A DNA stretch of 32,000 nt from Nostoc punctiforme PCC 73102 (GCF_000020025.1 NC_010628.1:6240001-6272000), one strand, 5' to 3'. Numbered from the stretch's first letter, positions 1 through 10,381 are shown. Numbers and translations are program-made. The notes: generated by a model not told the origin, from the letters alone.

Positions 1-3000
1 CAAGCAGAAGAAGCTTTGCGGCGTAGTGAAATGAAATACCGCAACATCTTTGAAAATTCTCAAGTGGGTATTTTCCGCACTCGGCAACAAGATGGATTAA
101 TTATCGAGGCTAATCAACGCGGTGCCGATATTTTAGGTTTTGCCTCTGCTGCTGACTTGATTGGCAAGTTTTTCACAACTGACTTATATGCTAATCCAGA
201 CGATCGCACACGCATGTTAGCAGAGTTAGAAAAAGACGGTGAAGTTCGTAATTTTGAAGTAGCACTACAGCGACTCGATGGTTCGGTTGTTTGGTTACTG
301 TTGTCACTCCGTCTCAACGCCGAAGAATCCTGTTTGGATTCTGTTTTTACAGATATTAGCGATCGCAAACAACAAGAACAGGCTTTACGCTTAATTGTTG
401 AGGGTACAGCAGCAAAAACAGGTAATGAATTCTTCAATTCCTGCGTTCGTTATCTGGCTGAGGTATTGCAAGTTCAATATGCCCTAGTCACTGAGTTTCA
501 TGATGAGCGGAAAACTAAAGTCCGCACTTTGGCATTTTGGTCTTGCGGGGCGATTAACGAAAATTTGGAATACCATTTGCACGGCACTCCTTGTCAACAT
601 ACCTTGGAAGGCAATATGTGCCACTACCCCCAAAGAGTGCAAGCTGCTTTCCCTGAAGATGCAGATTTAGTGAGGATGAATGCCGAAAGTTTTTTTGGCG
701 TTCCTCTCACCAGTTCCTCTGGGGAAATCATTGGACATCTAGCAGTGATAGATGTCAAACCAATGAAGCACGATCCGGGACGGGAACTGATTATCAAAAT
801 CTTTGCAGCCCGTGCCGGTGCCGAATTAGAACGCAAACAAGCAGAAGCAGCCCTACAAGAAAGCGAGTTAAAGTTTCGCACTATCGTTGAAAAGGTTAAT
901 GATGTGCTGTTTGTTATCAGTGCTGATGGGGCATTCAACTACATTTCCCCAAACATTTTGAAGACTACCGGATTTGCCCCTAGCGAAATCGAGGGTAATT
1001 CCTTGGCATTATTTACTCATCCCGATGATGTGCCAAAATGTGTAGAAGTTGCCCAAACAGTCCTCGAAACAGGTGAGGGAATTTCGGATACTGAGTTTCG
1101 CGGCAGACATCGCAATGGAGGCTGGGTTTGGCAAACTGCTAATATAGCCCGCACACAAGATGCTCAGGGTAACTTTCAGATTGTGGGGGTAGCTCGTGAT
1201 ATTAGCGATCGCAAACAAGCAGAAGCCGCCCTGCAACGCCGGACTCAAGCAGAAAGTTTACTCAGTAGCATTTCTCGCCAATTTATTGACCAAAATTTAG
1301 AAACAGCAATTAATTTTACACTCCAAGCGATCGCTCAGTTTATTAGTGCCGAACACAGCTGCATCTTTGAATTATCCGAAGATCAAAGGCGATTCGACTT
1401 GATTCATGAATGGTGTGGTGAAAATGTCGAGCCATTGATCGATCTTGCCAAAGGTTCGCCTATTGAAAGTTTTCCCTATTTCTATACTCCGATCGTGCGT
1501 GGCAACCATATACAAATCCCTTCTGTGGCAGACTTGCCACCTGATACAGCAGAGAGAAAGCTATTTGAGGGCATGTCGTTTCAGTCTGTAGCTGCTGTAC
1601 CCATGCTTCATTCTGGTAAAGTAGTTGGATTTGTCGGTACAGCGATGATTCACTTGTGTAAAGCTTGGAGTCAAGAAGATATTAATCTATTGAAGTTGGT
1701 AGGTGAAATAATTGCGATCGGTCGAGCCAGACATCAAGCAGAAGAAGCGCTGAGAATTGCCAAAGAAGCAGCCGAAACTGCCAACCAAGCTAAAAGTGCT
1801 TTCCTCGCTAATATGAGCCACGAACTCCGCACGCCTCTCAATGCCATCCTGGGTTTTTCTCAGTTAATGGAACGAGATACTAGCCTCAACTCAAACCAAC
1901 GTGAATCTTTAGCTACCATTAACCGCAGTGGCGAACACTTACTCAATCTGATTAACGATGTCCTAGAAATGTCCAAAATTGAGGCTGGACAAATCATTTT
2001 CACCCCTGAAGATTTCGACCTTTATCTGCTGTTGCAAACATTACAAGAAATGTTTCAGGTAAAGGCACAAACAAAGCAATTATTCCTCAAATTTGAAATT
2101 GCTCCCAATCTTCCCCGTTATATCCAGACAGATGAGGGGAAACTCCGCCAAGTTCTCATTAACCTTTTGGGGAACGCCGTCAAGTTTACTCAAACAGGCG
2201 GAGTTACTTTACGAGTCAGGTTGGGGAGTGAACAGGGAGCAGGGGAGACAGGGGAGGAAGAACTATTAAGCCCTGCCCAATGCCCAATGCCCAATGCCCC
2301 ATGCCCCATTCCCAATCCCCAATCCCCAATCCCCAATGCCCGATTCCTTCACTTTGAAGTCGAAGACACTGGACGGGGAATAGCACCAGAAGAAATGAAT
2401 AACTTGTTTCAGCCTTTTGTCCAGACAACAAGTGGTATCCAAACCAAGGAAGGAACTGGGCTAGGACTGACAATCAGCCGCCAATTTGTGCGGTTGCTGG
2501 GTGGCGATATTTACTTAACGAGTACCCCTAGACAAGGTTCTACTTTTAGCTTTGACATCCAAGTAAATTTAGCCGCAGCATTGAAAGTTTCACCAAGGTT
2601 GAATAAGGGACGTGTCATCGCGCTAGCACCAGGCCAGCCCTCTTACCGGATTCTGGTAGTGGATGACCGTAAAGAAAACCGTGATTTAATTGTGCAACTT
2701 CTTGGTAGCATTGGTTTTGAAATTGAGGCTGCGAATAATGGACAAGATGCGATCGCAATGTGGCAAACTTGGCAGCCTCATCTTATTTGGATGGATATGC
2801 GGATGCCTGTAATGAACGGCTACGATGCAACTAAAGAGATTAGGATCAGGGAAAGAAATACAAATACAAATCACCGCACTGTAATTATTGCCCTAACTGC
2901 CAGTGCTTTTGAAGAACAACAGGCGAGTATCTTAGCCGCAGGTTGCAACGACTTGGTTCGTAAGCCATTTCGTGAGCAGGTAATTTTTGAAAAGATAGCT

Positions 3001-3297
3001 GAATATTTGCAGGTGCGCTATATATGTACAGAAGAAAGCAGTGAAGATGCAACAGACAACAATCTAAAGAATATTCAATTTTCCATTTTGGATCTTCGCT
3101 CTGCAATTACCATTATGCCTGCCCAATGGGTAACAGAACTTAATCAGGCAGCCGTTGAAGTCGATGCCGAAAGGATTTTTCAACTAATTGAGCAAATTCC
3201 ACCAACACATTCTCCTTTGGCAGAAAAATTGACAAATTTAGTCCGAAGTTTCTGCTTCGATGAAATTATTGATGTAACGGAAGAAAATTGTAACTGA
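1..3297 (+). CDS. Hybrid sensor histidine kinase (multiple PAS/GAF, HisKA, HATPase, receiver, C-terminal helical tail); 5' end lies upstream of the window
   Basis: The frame of ORF 16..3297 stays open back to base 1 ([10 protein letters not shown] precedes the first Met). H-box [15 protein letters not shown]-box [13 protein letters not shown]1 EDTGRGI, G2 GTGLGLTIS. Receiver [13 protein letters not shown]...[11 protein letters not shown]. Recurrent DISDRKQ(A/Q)E PAS-linker motifs. Confidence 0.9.
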   Translation, partial: QAEEALRRSEMKYRNIFENSQVGIFRTRQQDGLIIEANQRGADILGFASAADLIGKFFTTDLYANPDDRTRMLAELEKDGEVRNFEVALQRLDGSVVWLLLSLRLNAEESCLDSVFTDISDRKQQEQALRLIVEGTAAKTGNEFFNSCVRYLAEVLQVQYALVTEFHDERKTKVRTLAFWSCGAINENLEYHLHGTPCQHTLEGNMCHYPQRVQAAFPEDADLVRMNAESFFGVPLTSSSGEIIGHLAVIDVKPMKHDPGRELIIKIFAARAGAELERKQAEAALQESELKFRTIVEKVNDVLFVISADGAFNYISPNILKTTGFAPSEIEGNSLALFTHPDDVPKCVEVAQTVLETGEGISDTEFRGRHRNGGWVWQTANIARTQDAQGNFQIVGVARDISDRKQAEAALQRRTQAESLLSSISRQFIDQNLETAINFTLQAIAQFISAEHSCIFELSEDQRRFDLIHEWCGENVEPLIDLAKGSPIESFPYFYTPIVRGNHIQIPSVADLPPDTAERKLFEGMSFQSVAAVPMLHSGKVVGFVGTAMIHLCKAWSQEDINLLKLVGEIIAIGRARHQAEEALRIAKEAAETANQAKSAFLANMSHELRTPLNAILGFSQLMERDTSLNSNQRESLATINRSGEHLLNLINDVLEMSKIEAGQIIFTPEDFDLYLLLQTLQEMFQVKAQTKQLFLKFEIAPNLPRYIQTDEGKLRQVLINLLGNAVKFTQTGGVTLRVRLGSEQGAGETGEEELLSPAQCPMPNAPCPIPNPQSPIPNARFLHFEVEDTGRGIAPEEMNNLFQPFVQTTSGIQTKEGTGLGLTISRQFVRLLGGDIYLTSTPRQGSTFSFDIQVNLAAALKVSPRLNKGRVIALAPGQPSYRILVVDDRKENRDLIVQLLGSIGFEIEAANNGQDAIAMWQTWQPHLIWMDMRMPVMNGYDATKEIRIRERNTNTNHRTVIIALTASAFEEQQASILAAGCNDLVRKPFREQVIFEKIAEYLQVRYICTEESSEDATDNNLKNIQFSILDLRSAITIMPAQWVTELNQAAVEVDAERIFQLIEQIPPTHSPLAEKLTNLVRSFCFDEIIDVTEENCN
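2223..2341. repeat. Composite G-rich (GGGGAGCAGGGGA-type) plus C-rich heptamer (CCCAATG/CCCCAAT) repeat, in frame inside the kinase ATPase domain
   Basis: ggggagtgaacagggagcaggggagacaggggagg ... (gcccaat)x3 gccccatgccccattcccaat(ccccaat)x3, translated as [35 protein letters not shown] between the N-box and G1-box. The same two-part element is intergenic at 25293-25540. Confidence 0.8.
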
Positions 3298-3479
3298 GTC
3301 AACTTAACGTTAAATGGGCGGTTAGAAACCGCAGCTACACGAGGCTTTACCCACAGAGATGGGTTTAAAACACTCAATTTTCGCCTGTTAATATTTTCTT
3401 TGATTGTGCGATCGTCTGTGACAAAAAATGTAGAGACGCGATGTTCCTCAAGTCTCTACAAAAATTACGAATAATGTAT

Positions 3480-4675
3480 ATTAATTGCAAAAGTGTTGAA
3501 TGTTAAGAAAAATCCGATAAAAACAGCCCAAAATATGTTAAATTTTGGGCGGAAGATTAAAGTATATCTATTTAATAGTGATTATAAATTCATTTCCCAA
3601 GATTGTCAAAGATATCTTGAGAGGACTGCCAAAAAACGATTATCCAGTATTGAACAGTCGTCTGTTCTTTGAGTGCTGGTTATCTTATGCTATGGATAAC
3701 AGCTTAACAAGTATGCGAGATTTATTTAACAGATTAAACAACACAGGATTTCCGGTAGATATTTCTACTTTCTCTAAAGCAAACTTACATCGAAGTCAAA
3801 AACCTTTTCAAGAAATTTACCAAAAATTAAATGAATTAGTACAGAAGAAAGTTCAAAAAAAGTTACATGATAAATATGCAATTTGTCCAATAGATTCAAC
3901 AATTATTACTCTCACAAGTAAATTGTTATGGGTACTAGGACACCATCAAGTAAAACTTTTCAGTTCTCTAAATTTAGCTACTGGAAGTCCATCAGATAAC
4001 TTCATAAACTTTGGACATGACCATGACTATAAATTTTGGTTGTAAAATGATGTCTAGTCTACCAAATAATGCTGTTGGTGTAATGGATAGAGGTTTTGCT
4101 GGATTAAATTTATCCAAGAATTAGTCCAAGAAAACAAATACTTTGTTTGCGGGTAAAAAACAATTGGAAGTTAGAATTTGAGGAGCAAACTGGATTAATT
4201 AAAGTTGGTGCATCTAATGATGCTCAAGCCTATAGAGTGATTAATTTTTGTGATTTAGAAACGAAAACTGAGTTTCGATTAGTAACCAATTTACCAACAT
4301 TAGGAGAGGCTGCCGTTAGTGATTATGAAATCAGGGATATTTATCGATTGCGTTGGGGAGTTGAATTGTTGTGGAAGTTTTTGAAAATGCACTTAAAACT
4401 TGACAAGTTAATTACTAAAAATGTTAATGGTATCACCATACAAATTTACGTTACTTTAATAGCTTATCTAATTTTACAGATATTATCTGTACCACAACAA
4501 TGGGGACATACGCTATTAGATAAATTCCGCTATTTACAATCTTGTATGTGTCAGAAAATAAGTTATGTTCATTGGTTTGAAGAGATGATGTCATGTTGAC
4601 TATTTTAGGCTTTTTAGAGTTAGTGTAACTAGATATGTAAACTTTTGTATCAGCATTCAACATTTCTGTATTAAT
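3480..4675 (+). mobile_element. Decayed IS4-family insertion sequence with imperfect terminal inverted repeats
   Basis: Left end attaattgcaaaagtgttgaatg (3480-3502). Reverse complement of the right end is attaatacagaaatgttgaatg (4675 back to 4654). The interior encodes DDE transposase fragments. Confidence 0.7.
3545..4599 (+). pseudogene. IS4-family DDE transposase, broken into at least three frames
   Basis: ORF 3545..4045 carries ICPIDSTIITL (first D). An out-of-frame stretch around 4080-4110 reads VMDRGFAG (second D). ORF 4147..4599 carries YRLRWGVELLWKFLK (E region). Stops and frame changes lie between 4045 and 4147. Confidence 0.75.
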
Positions 4676-4677
4676 TG

Positions 4678-5579
4678 TTACTCCTCCAACCCATTTAACC
4701 AAGCTACCAAATCACCTGCATTGCCAAAACCTAACAAAGCTTCTGCTAAATCTTCTAATTGTGTAGTCGATAATTGGCGAATCCGTTCTTCTAATTCAGG
4801 TGTAACCTCACCAACTTTCAGATTTAGCAGGCGCATAATTATTTCCAGCTTTCCCTTTTGTATTCCTTTTAATTCCCAACTAGTAACAATTTCCATAACT
4901 ACCTCTTGTTTGGCTACTTCAAATTTAGCAATCTCAGTTTGGAAAATCTCTTCTTCTGCTGCATTTAATTTGAGATAAGTGTCAACAAACCAACCAATCA
5001 TTTTCATTCGTGCTGGATCGAGTCGTAAAGTCGCTAACAAACGCAAACATTCAGCCTTAACTCTGGGACGTTCTGAGGGTGCTATGTTCATTTTAGCCAT
5101 GAGCGCACTGGCAACGGGGTTTTCTTGTTGTAAAAAATCGCGCCAGTTTAATTGATTGAGTTGAACCACCCCATAGTTAAATTCCAGAACATTTTTATCT
5201 GGAAATTCCATCCGGTAAATATTTTTTTGGGGTGTGCGAGGAGCGTCATAGGAAAAAACTACAATTAGATATACAGGTAAAGCGTATTTTTCAAACAATC
5301 GCGCAAAGTAACGAAACATTCTGCGCCCAAAGTCAGCTTGTGGATATGACTGATTTTCGATATGCACAAGAAAAAAGTTTTTTGTTCTCGAAATCTTACT
5401 TGTACTACTAAATCAGCTTCGTATTGTTCGCCAGCAGTGACATCGGTAAATACTTCTTTGTCCAAGAATTTCAATGAGTCAGGTTCTAGATAAGCAATTA
5501 CCTGGGGAAAAAATAATTCTAAAAATTCTATAAAAAATGTTGCAATTAGTTCTTTAAATAAACGGTCGTGGTCAATCAT
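4678..5579 (-). pseudogene. Rpn-family recombination-promoting nuclease / PD-(D/E)XK putative transposase, frameshifted
   Basis: N-terminal ORF 5265..5579 (MIDHDRLFKELI...YEADLVVQVRFREQKTFFL) and C-terminal ORF 4678..5367 (HIENQSYPQADFGRRMFRYFARL...) join into one protein if the A6 run at 5371-5376 (T-run in the gene sense) had one more base. Confidence 0.75.
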
Positions 5580-5834
5580 GTTGGTACTGGTTTACCTATA
5601 AGTTGATTCTAAATCATTGCCTTTGCTCCTTTCCTCACTTTTGTTATTTACCATAACTAAAGAGCTATGCCCGCCGCAGGCATAGCTCTTTAGTTGCAAA
5701 CGTACTTAAATTAAATAAATTAACATAGCAATTCTGAATCATTCGCGATCAACAAGATCCCCGACTTATTTGAGAAGCCGAGGATCTGCGGTTTGCGAGA
5801 ATTGCAAACCAAATAGGATTGCTATAAATATTTA

Positions 5835-6317
5835 TCAAGTTGTTGCTAAAGCTGGTTCTGCCACAAAATATTTTAGATTTTCTTGCTGAGTGGCGAATTT
5901 CAAATATTGAGATGCCATTTCTGGTGTTAGCAATTCAATCATTAATCTGTTTTCTACCCAAAACTCAATCACATCAAAGAAAGAATCGCGGTTACAGCGC
6001 ACTACACGCCAATCTTCACGGACACCGATTTGTTCAATTTCTTTTTGGCTGATGGGTACAGAAATAGCTGCATGAATATCTGTATACATAGAGGTAATTG
6101 CAGTACGGACAAATACGCATTCTTCATCATTTTCACCAGGTTCAATTTGAGAGCCTAAAGGATAGAGTTCAATGGCTGTACCGTATTCATCAAAAGGTAT
6201 AACCATATAGCTTCCTGGGTTAGGAGGAAATGGAACAGCTTGTGCTTTTAAAATTTCTGCCAGAACTTGAGCAACGTGGCTGGGGTTTCTAACAGCAATT
6301 GAAATATGGTGAATCAT
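5835..6317 (-). CDS. VOC / glyoxalase-fold family protein
   Basis: The MIHHISIAVRNPSHVAQVLAEIL start is typical of the VOC beta-alpha-beta-beta-beta module. ATG is preceded by a GAGG Shine-Dalgarno. Promoter box A lies upstream. Confidence 0.6.
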   Translation of the reverse strand: MIHHISIAVRNPSHVAQVLAEILKAQAVPFPPNPGSYMVIPFDEYGTAIELYPLGSQIEPGENDEECVFVRTAITSMYTDIHAAISVPISQKEIEQIGVREDWRVVRCNRDSFFDVIEFWVENRLMIELLTPEMASQYLKFATQQENLKYFVAEPALATT

Positions 6318-6343
6318 GGGATAACCTCAGTTCGATATTTTAT

Positions 6344-6377
6344 AGATTAGAAAACAATCGGGGAGAACTAGGGGAGA
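6344..6377 (-). promoter_or_regulatory. C-rich box A plus -10: TCTCCCCTAGTTCTCCCCGATT-GTTTTC-TAATCT (gene sense)
   Basis: Reverse complement of 6344-6377. 22/22 match to the five-copy consensus. The -10-like TAATCT ends 27 nt before the VOC ATG. Confidence 0.55.
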
Positions 6378-6499
6378 GAAAAAATGGATAATCCAAGATG
6401 TATTGCAATAGGGTTCGGTTAAGGCAAGAGACGCGAAATTAGACTGGGCTGGGCTTCGCTACTCGCTTTCGCGTCTCTACATTCTTTTTAAACAAATAT

Positions 6500-7042
6500 C
6501 TATTGAGGTCGCCCATAGTGAGCTAGACCCTTGCCATCGGGGGTTGCAAGCAGTAGAACTTGCTGCCCGGATTCATTCGTCTCAATCGACCACTCGTAAG
6601 TCTCAGCCTTTGCCGAATTGCGGCTGGAGTAGGTACGCCCGCTATTGCAGATTTGCCCTTTGGATGTGCTGTCGCTAGGTTGGAAAGTCAGACGTTGACC
6701 TTCAATCTTAACTTTGCCTTTTTCCTGTATGAAGAGATTAGATTCACAGTTATAAGTGGTGATTTGAAGCAGCCGATTTCGCTGGTAGTTTCCGTTAGAT
6801 GCGAGTTGAAATTGATCGCTTGAACCATTTGGGGCTGCTGGCCGACCTGTGTAGCTGTCTTGGTATTGGATAGACGAGATTCGACCATACCGCCACTCGC
6901 CCTGAAGTTCGGCAGGTACTCCAGCATCGTTTTTACCTGCTTGACTTGCGCTTGGGTAAAAAACAAGGCTAGCGATGAGTCCCAAACTAAACGCGCTAGT
7001 AGTTAAAAGTTGAGCAGCTTTTGGTTTTGTTATTGAGTACAT
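6500..7042 (-). CDS. Hypothetical secreted protein
   Basis: N-terminal hydrophobic signal-like segment LLTTSAFSLGLIASLVFYPSASQA. No family recognised. Confidence 0.55.
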   Translation of the reverse strand: MYSITKPKAAQLLTTSAFSLGLIASLVFYPSASQAGKNDAGVPAELQGEWRYGRISSIQYQDSYTGRPAAPNGSSDQFQLASNGNYQRNRLLQITTYNCESNLFIQEKGKVKIEGQRLTFQPSDSTSKGQICNSGRTYSSRNSAKAETYEWSIETNESGQQVLLLATPDGKGLAHYGRPQ

Positions 7043-7167
7043 ATTGCTTTCTAGAAATAGATTTATTTATCAACAAAATTAACAAATGCAAATTCTGCGT
7101 GTTTATGTATAGCTTTTCTCCGTAAGGGTGTACAGTTAGCTGTACCCCTTACATCCAAACGCAAGAT

Positions 7168-7620
7168 TCACGCCAGAAATTGCAATCCATATTTGTTCAA
7201 AAGAGGCTGTATTTTTTCCATGTTTGGCGATGGACTATCTGCTATTTGACCCATTTCTTCATAAAAGTTTTTTGCATTTTGAGGTGCAATTAAAACCAGA
7301 AATTTAGCAGTAGCAGAACGAATCTTGAAGGCGTGTGGTGCATTGTGAGGAATATTAACAAAAGAGCCGGTTGATGCCAAAATTGTTTCTGTACCAACTT
7401 GGATATCTAGTTCTCCTTCGAGAATATAAAATGCCTCTTCCCAAGGGTGAGTATGCAGTGGTGGACCATTTTCTTGTGTATCTGTAATTTCATAAATTTT
7501 CCAAGCTTGATTTGTCTCTTCACCAGTTGCTTTGGTTGTAAATTGTCCACCCATAATTGAGAATTGATTACCTTCTCCTGATCCAAGAATAATTGGTTTA
7601 CGCATGGTTGAAGTTTGCAT
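7168..7620 (-). CDS. Cupin domain protein
   Basis: Cupin motifs [18 protein letters not shown] and [14 protein letters not shown] lies 8 nt upstream of the ATG. Promoter box B lies upstream. Confidence 0.75.
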   Translation of the reverse strand: MQTSTMRKPIILGSGEGNQFSIMGGQFTTKATGEETNQAWKIYEITDTQENGPPLHTHPWEEAFYILEGELDIQVGTETILASTGSFVNIPHNAPHAFKIRSATAKFLVLIAPQNAKNFYEEMGQIADSPSPNMEKIQPLLNKYGLQFLA

Positions 7621-7683
7621 ACAAGTTACTCCGTATTGTGTAATTTGGTAGGTGTTATCTACAAATTTGATTTGATGTTTTTA

Positions 7684-7717
7684 AGATTAGAAATTAATCG
7701 GGGAGAACTAGGGTAGA
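7684..7717 (-). promoter_or_regulatory. C-rich box B plus -10: TCTACCCTAGTTCTCCCCGATT-AATTTC-TAATCT (gene sense)
   Basis: Reverse complement of 7684-7717. 21/22 match to consensus. About 50 nt of extended similarity to box A, including an upstream CCATTT. Confidence 0.55.
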
Positions 7718-7824
7718 TAAATGGGTAATTGGAATTTTTTTGTAAACGATTATTAAGACCTAGGACTAAGGTTACAATTTCTAGAAATCATTAGTAGCCT
7801 ATTCTGGCTAAAGTCGATCTTGCC

Positions 7825-9360
7825 ATGCCTAAAGAGCCGCTCAACTTTCCCAAAGCAGACATACTGGTGATTGATGACACGCCAGAAAACCTGAACCTCT
7901 TATCTGCCATGTTGACAGAACAGGGATATAAAGTTCGGAGTGTAACTAAGGGTTCTACGGGGTTACGAGGGGCAAATGCAGTTCCCCCCGACCTGATTTT
8001 GCTGGATGTGAATATGCCGGAGATGAATGGGTATGAAGTCTGCGAACATTTGAAGGCAAGCGATCGCACTCGCAAAATCCCGGTAATTTTTATCAGCGCT
8101 TTAGGTGATGTGCTAGATAAGGTGAAAGCCTTTGCAGTTGGGGGAGTGGACTATATCACTAAGCCTTTTCAACTAGAAGAGGTTTTAGCACGAATTGAAA
8201 ATCACTTAACGATTTGGAAACTGCAACAACAACTCCAAGCCCAAAATGAGCGGTTGCAGCAGGAAATTCACGATCGCGCCAAAGCAGAAGAGAAGTTTGC
8301 TAAAGTTTTTCGCTCTAGTCCCAATCCGATCGCGATCGCTACAGTCTCGAATGCTCGTTTCATTGATGTCAATCCCAGTTTCTTGAAGATGAGCGGCTAC
8401 TCTCTAGACGAAGTGATTGGAAATACTGCTACTGAACTTAATTTGGGTAAAAACACAGTCGCGATCGCTCAAACAATTCAACTTCTGCCAGAAACTGGTT
8501 CACTGTACAATCTAGAATTTGAATTTTCGACTAAGTGTGCAGAACTAAAAACTGTACTGATATCTCTCGAATTGATTGACTTAGCTGGAGTACCGTGTGC
8601 TTTATTAATTGCCAATGATATCACCGAACGCAAACGCCTAGAAAACGAATTTATCTCTTTAGTCAGTCATGAATTGCGTACACCTTTAACTTCCACAATG
8701 GGAGCATTAGATTTATTGGGTTCAGAACAACTGGGAACTCTGAATGAACAAGGCCAAAAAGTTCTGAGCATTGCCACCACTAATACTGAACGCCTAATTC
8801 GTTTAGTGAACGATATTCTCGATTTAGAGCGGATGAAATCGGGCAAAATCTTCACGCGGAAGATGAAGTACAACGCCGCAGACTTACTAACTACCGCCAC
8901 AGAAGCAATGCAAGCAATGGCAGATCAATTACAAGTCAAATTGATTATAAATCCTGTAGAAGTTGAACTTTGGGCTGATCCCGATCGCCTGCTGCAAACC
9001 CTGACTAATTTACTGAGCAACGCTATTAAGTTTTCTGAACCAGGAGACACGGTGTATATAAGTGCCACTCTCTCAGAATCTCAAGGCGTTGAGCCTAAAG
9101 AAAATGAGCCTTTATTACCCAAATACCTTTTGATTACTATCAAAGATCAAGGGCGAGGAATTCCTGAAGATAAACTACAAATAATTTTCGAGCGCTTTCA
9201 GCAGGTGGATGCATCCGACTCCCGCAACAAAGGAGGAACAGGTTTAGGACTAGCTATTTGCCGAGATATCATCCAGCAACATGATGGCAAAATCTGGGTT
9301 CAAAGCACTTTAGGTGAAGGTAGCACTTTTTATGTATTGCTACCTTTACCAGTGCAATAA
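7825..9360 (+). CDS. Receiver-PAS-histidine kinase (N-terminal REC, PAS, HisKA, HATPase)
   Basis: ILVIDDTPENLNLL...LLDVNMPEMNG...K receiver, a coiled coil, a PAS-like segment, H-box [11 protein letters not shown]-box LLSNAIKFS, G1 KDQGRGI, G2 GTGLGLAI. Confidence 0.9.
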   Translation: MPKEPLNFPKADILVIDDTPENLNLLSAMLTEQGYKVRSVTKGSTGLRGANAVPPDLILLDVNMPEMNGYEVCEHLKASDRTRKIPVIFISALGDVLDKVKAFAVGGVDYITKPFQLEEVLARIENHLTIWKLQQQLQAQNERLQQEIHDRAKAEEKFAKVFRSSPNPIAIATVSNARFIDVNPSFLKMSGYSLDEVIGNTATELNLGKNTVAIAQTIQLLPETGSLYNLEFEFSTKCAELKTVLISLELIDLAGVPCALLIANDITERKRLENEFISLVSHELRTPLTSTMGALDLLGSEQLGTLNEQGQKVLSIATTNTERLIRLVNDILDLERMKSGKIFTRKMKYNAADLLTTATEAMQAMADQLQVKLIINPVEVELWADPDRLLQTLTNLLSNAIKFSEPGDTVYISATLSESQGVEPKENEPLLPKYLLITIKDQGRGIPEDKLQIIFERFQQVDASDSRNKGGTGLGLAICRDIIQQHDGKIWVQSTLGEGSTFYVLLPLPVQ

Positions 9361-9380
9361 ACTGCTTCTAACAGCTTAAT

Positions 9381-9414
9381 TCTTCCCTACTTTTCCCCGA
9401 TCTGGCTTTAGAAT
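9381..9414 (+). promoter_or_regulatory. C-rich box D plus -10: TCTTCCCTACTTTTCCCCGATC-TGGCTT-TAGAAT
   Basis: 18/22 match to consensus with the same 6-nt spacing to TAnnnT. Lies 53 nt upstream of the receiver gene ATG. Confidence 0.45.
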
Positions 9415-9466
9415 AGCTCAAGAGCGATCAAGCAAATCAGCACATATATTTTGCAAGAGTGCCATT

Positions 9467-9841
9467 ATGAACAGAAAGATCTTGATTGTTGATGATGAAG
9501 AAGATGTGCGGGCGATCGCCAAGTTGGGATTAGAAATGGCTGCTGGCTGGAATGTATTGACAGCAAGTTCTGGTCAGGAAGCTTTGAAGGTAGCTGCTAC
9601 CCATAAACCAGATGTCATTCTACTAGATATGATGATGCCTGATATGGATGGGCGTGCAACTCTGCAACAACTGAAAGCTAACCCCGCCACTAAGAAAATT
9701 CCAGTAATTTTATTAACAGCTAAACTCCAGCAATCAGATCGAGAGAGTTTTACTGATATGGATGTCGCTGCTATTTTTGCCAAGCCTTTCCGTCCATTGA
9801 AACTAGCAGAGCAAATCAATGAAGTGCTGGTTGCCCTTTAG
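9467..9841 (+). CDS. Single-domain (CheY-like) response regulator, no output domain
   Basis: ILIVDDEEDVR...ILLDMMMPDMDG...LTAK...KPF over 124 aa. Confidence 0.9.
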   Translation: MNRKILIVDDEEDVRAIAKLGLEMAAGWNVLTASSGQEALKVAATHKPDVILLDMMMPDMDGRATLQQLKANPATKKIPVILLTAKLQQSDRESFTDMDVAAIFAKPFRPLKLAEQINEVLVAL

Positions 9842-9849
9842 TTTTAGAT

Positions 9850-10077
9850 AGGACTGACGCAAAAACCCTCTCAAACACTCATTCCTCAGTGTCGCGCCAG
9901 TTGCTACAAGTCGGGGAACCCGACGACAGTCGCCTCAAGTCGGGAAACCCGCCCACGGCGCTGTCTCCCCAACGCACTGGCTTCTCTGCGTCCTCCGTGG
10001 TAGCCTGCGGCAAGCCACTTCTCTACGAGACGCTACGCGAACGTGTCTACGTTTTCCGTTACTTGTACGTAAGTCCT
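9850..10077. repeat. MITE-like element (termini AGGACTgACGCAAAA ... ACGTAAGTCCT) carrying nested insertions
   Basis: Same family as the 91-bp copy at 22734-22824. Shared termini and internal blocks (cctctcaaac, ttctctg.g.cctc.gtgg, ttttccgttac). The extra roughly 137 bp appears as two internal insertions of other dispersed repeats. Confidence 0.7.
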
Positions 10078-10195
10078 ATTAGATTCAGAATCCTGTTTCA
10101 ACTCGTCATTATAGAGGCTCTAGCTCTGGTTACACAGTTAGGGCTTTAGGGCTAAGATCCAGTGCCCATGTCGTCAATTATTTTCCACCCAAAAA

Positions 10196-10311
10196 TTGGC
10201 GTTGCTGAATTCAGGTATGAAAATGATTTTGCGTGATTTCAAAAACCTTGTAGAGACGTTGCAATGCAACGTCTCTACACCAAGATCCATATATCTAATC
10301 AGCAACGCCAA
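10196..10311. repeat. Nested palindromic element: 13-bp inverted repeats TTGGCGTTGCTGA / TCAGCAACGCCAA around the perfect palindrome GTAGAGACGTTGCAaTGCAACGTCTCTAC
   Basis: Inverted repeats at 10196-10208 and 10299-10311. Central 29-nt palindrome at 10250-10278. Related GTAGAGACG...CGTCTCTAC hairpins at 3430-3459, 6427-6480 and 27038-27057. Confidence 0.75.
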
Positions 10312-10335
10312 AAAATTTTTCTGCTATTGCAACTA

Positions 10336-10369
10336 TCTCCCCTACTTCTCCCCGATTCTTCTCTACATT
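10336..10369 (+). promoter_or_regulatory. C-rich box C plus -10: TCTCCCCTACTTCTCCCCGATT-CTTCTC-TACATT, putative lanA promoter
   Basis: 21/22 match to consensus. The predicted transcription start near 10376 leaves an ~80-nt leader that contains the conserved hairpin. Confidence 0.55.
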
Positions 10370-10381
10370 CAAATCAGAAGA

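Noticed and set aside
114-3377. Antisense ORFs inside the hybrid kinase gene (114..437, 624..938, 1009..1248, 2216..2473, 2686..2874, 2885..3106, 3180..3377)
   Set aside because: They are embedded opposite a long, domain-rich CDS and have low-complexity, Ser/Arg/Cys-rich translations. The same reasoning applies to antisense or shadow ORFs inside lanM, the ABC genes, the HK at 7825, ispG, ctp and the SPFH gene.
4451-4702. 83-aa minus-strand ORF across the IS right end
   Set aside because: It crosses the IS inverted repeat and the stop region of the neighbouring gene. It is AT-rich sequence that happens to be open.
9889-10149. 86-aa ORF downstream of the receiver gene
   Set aside because: It lies almost entirely inside the MITE-like element with nested repeats, starts at a non-ATG codon, and has low-complexity Arg/Ser/Pro content typical of translated repeats.
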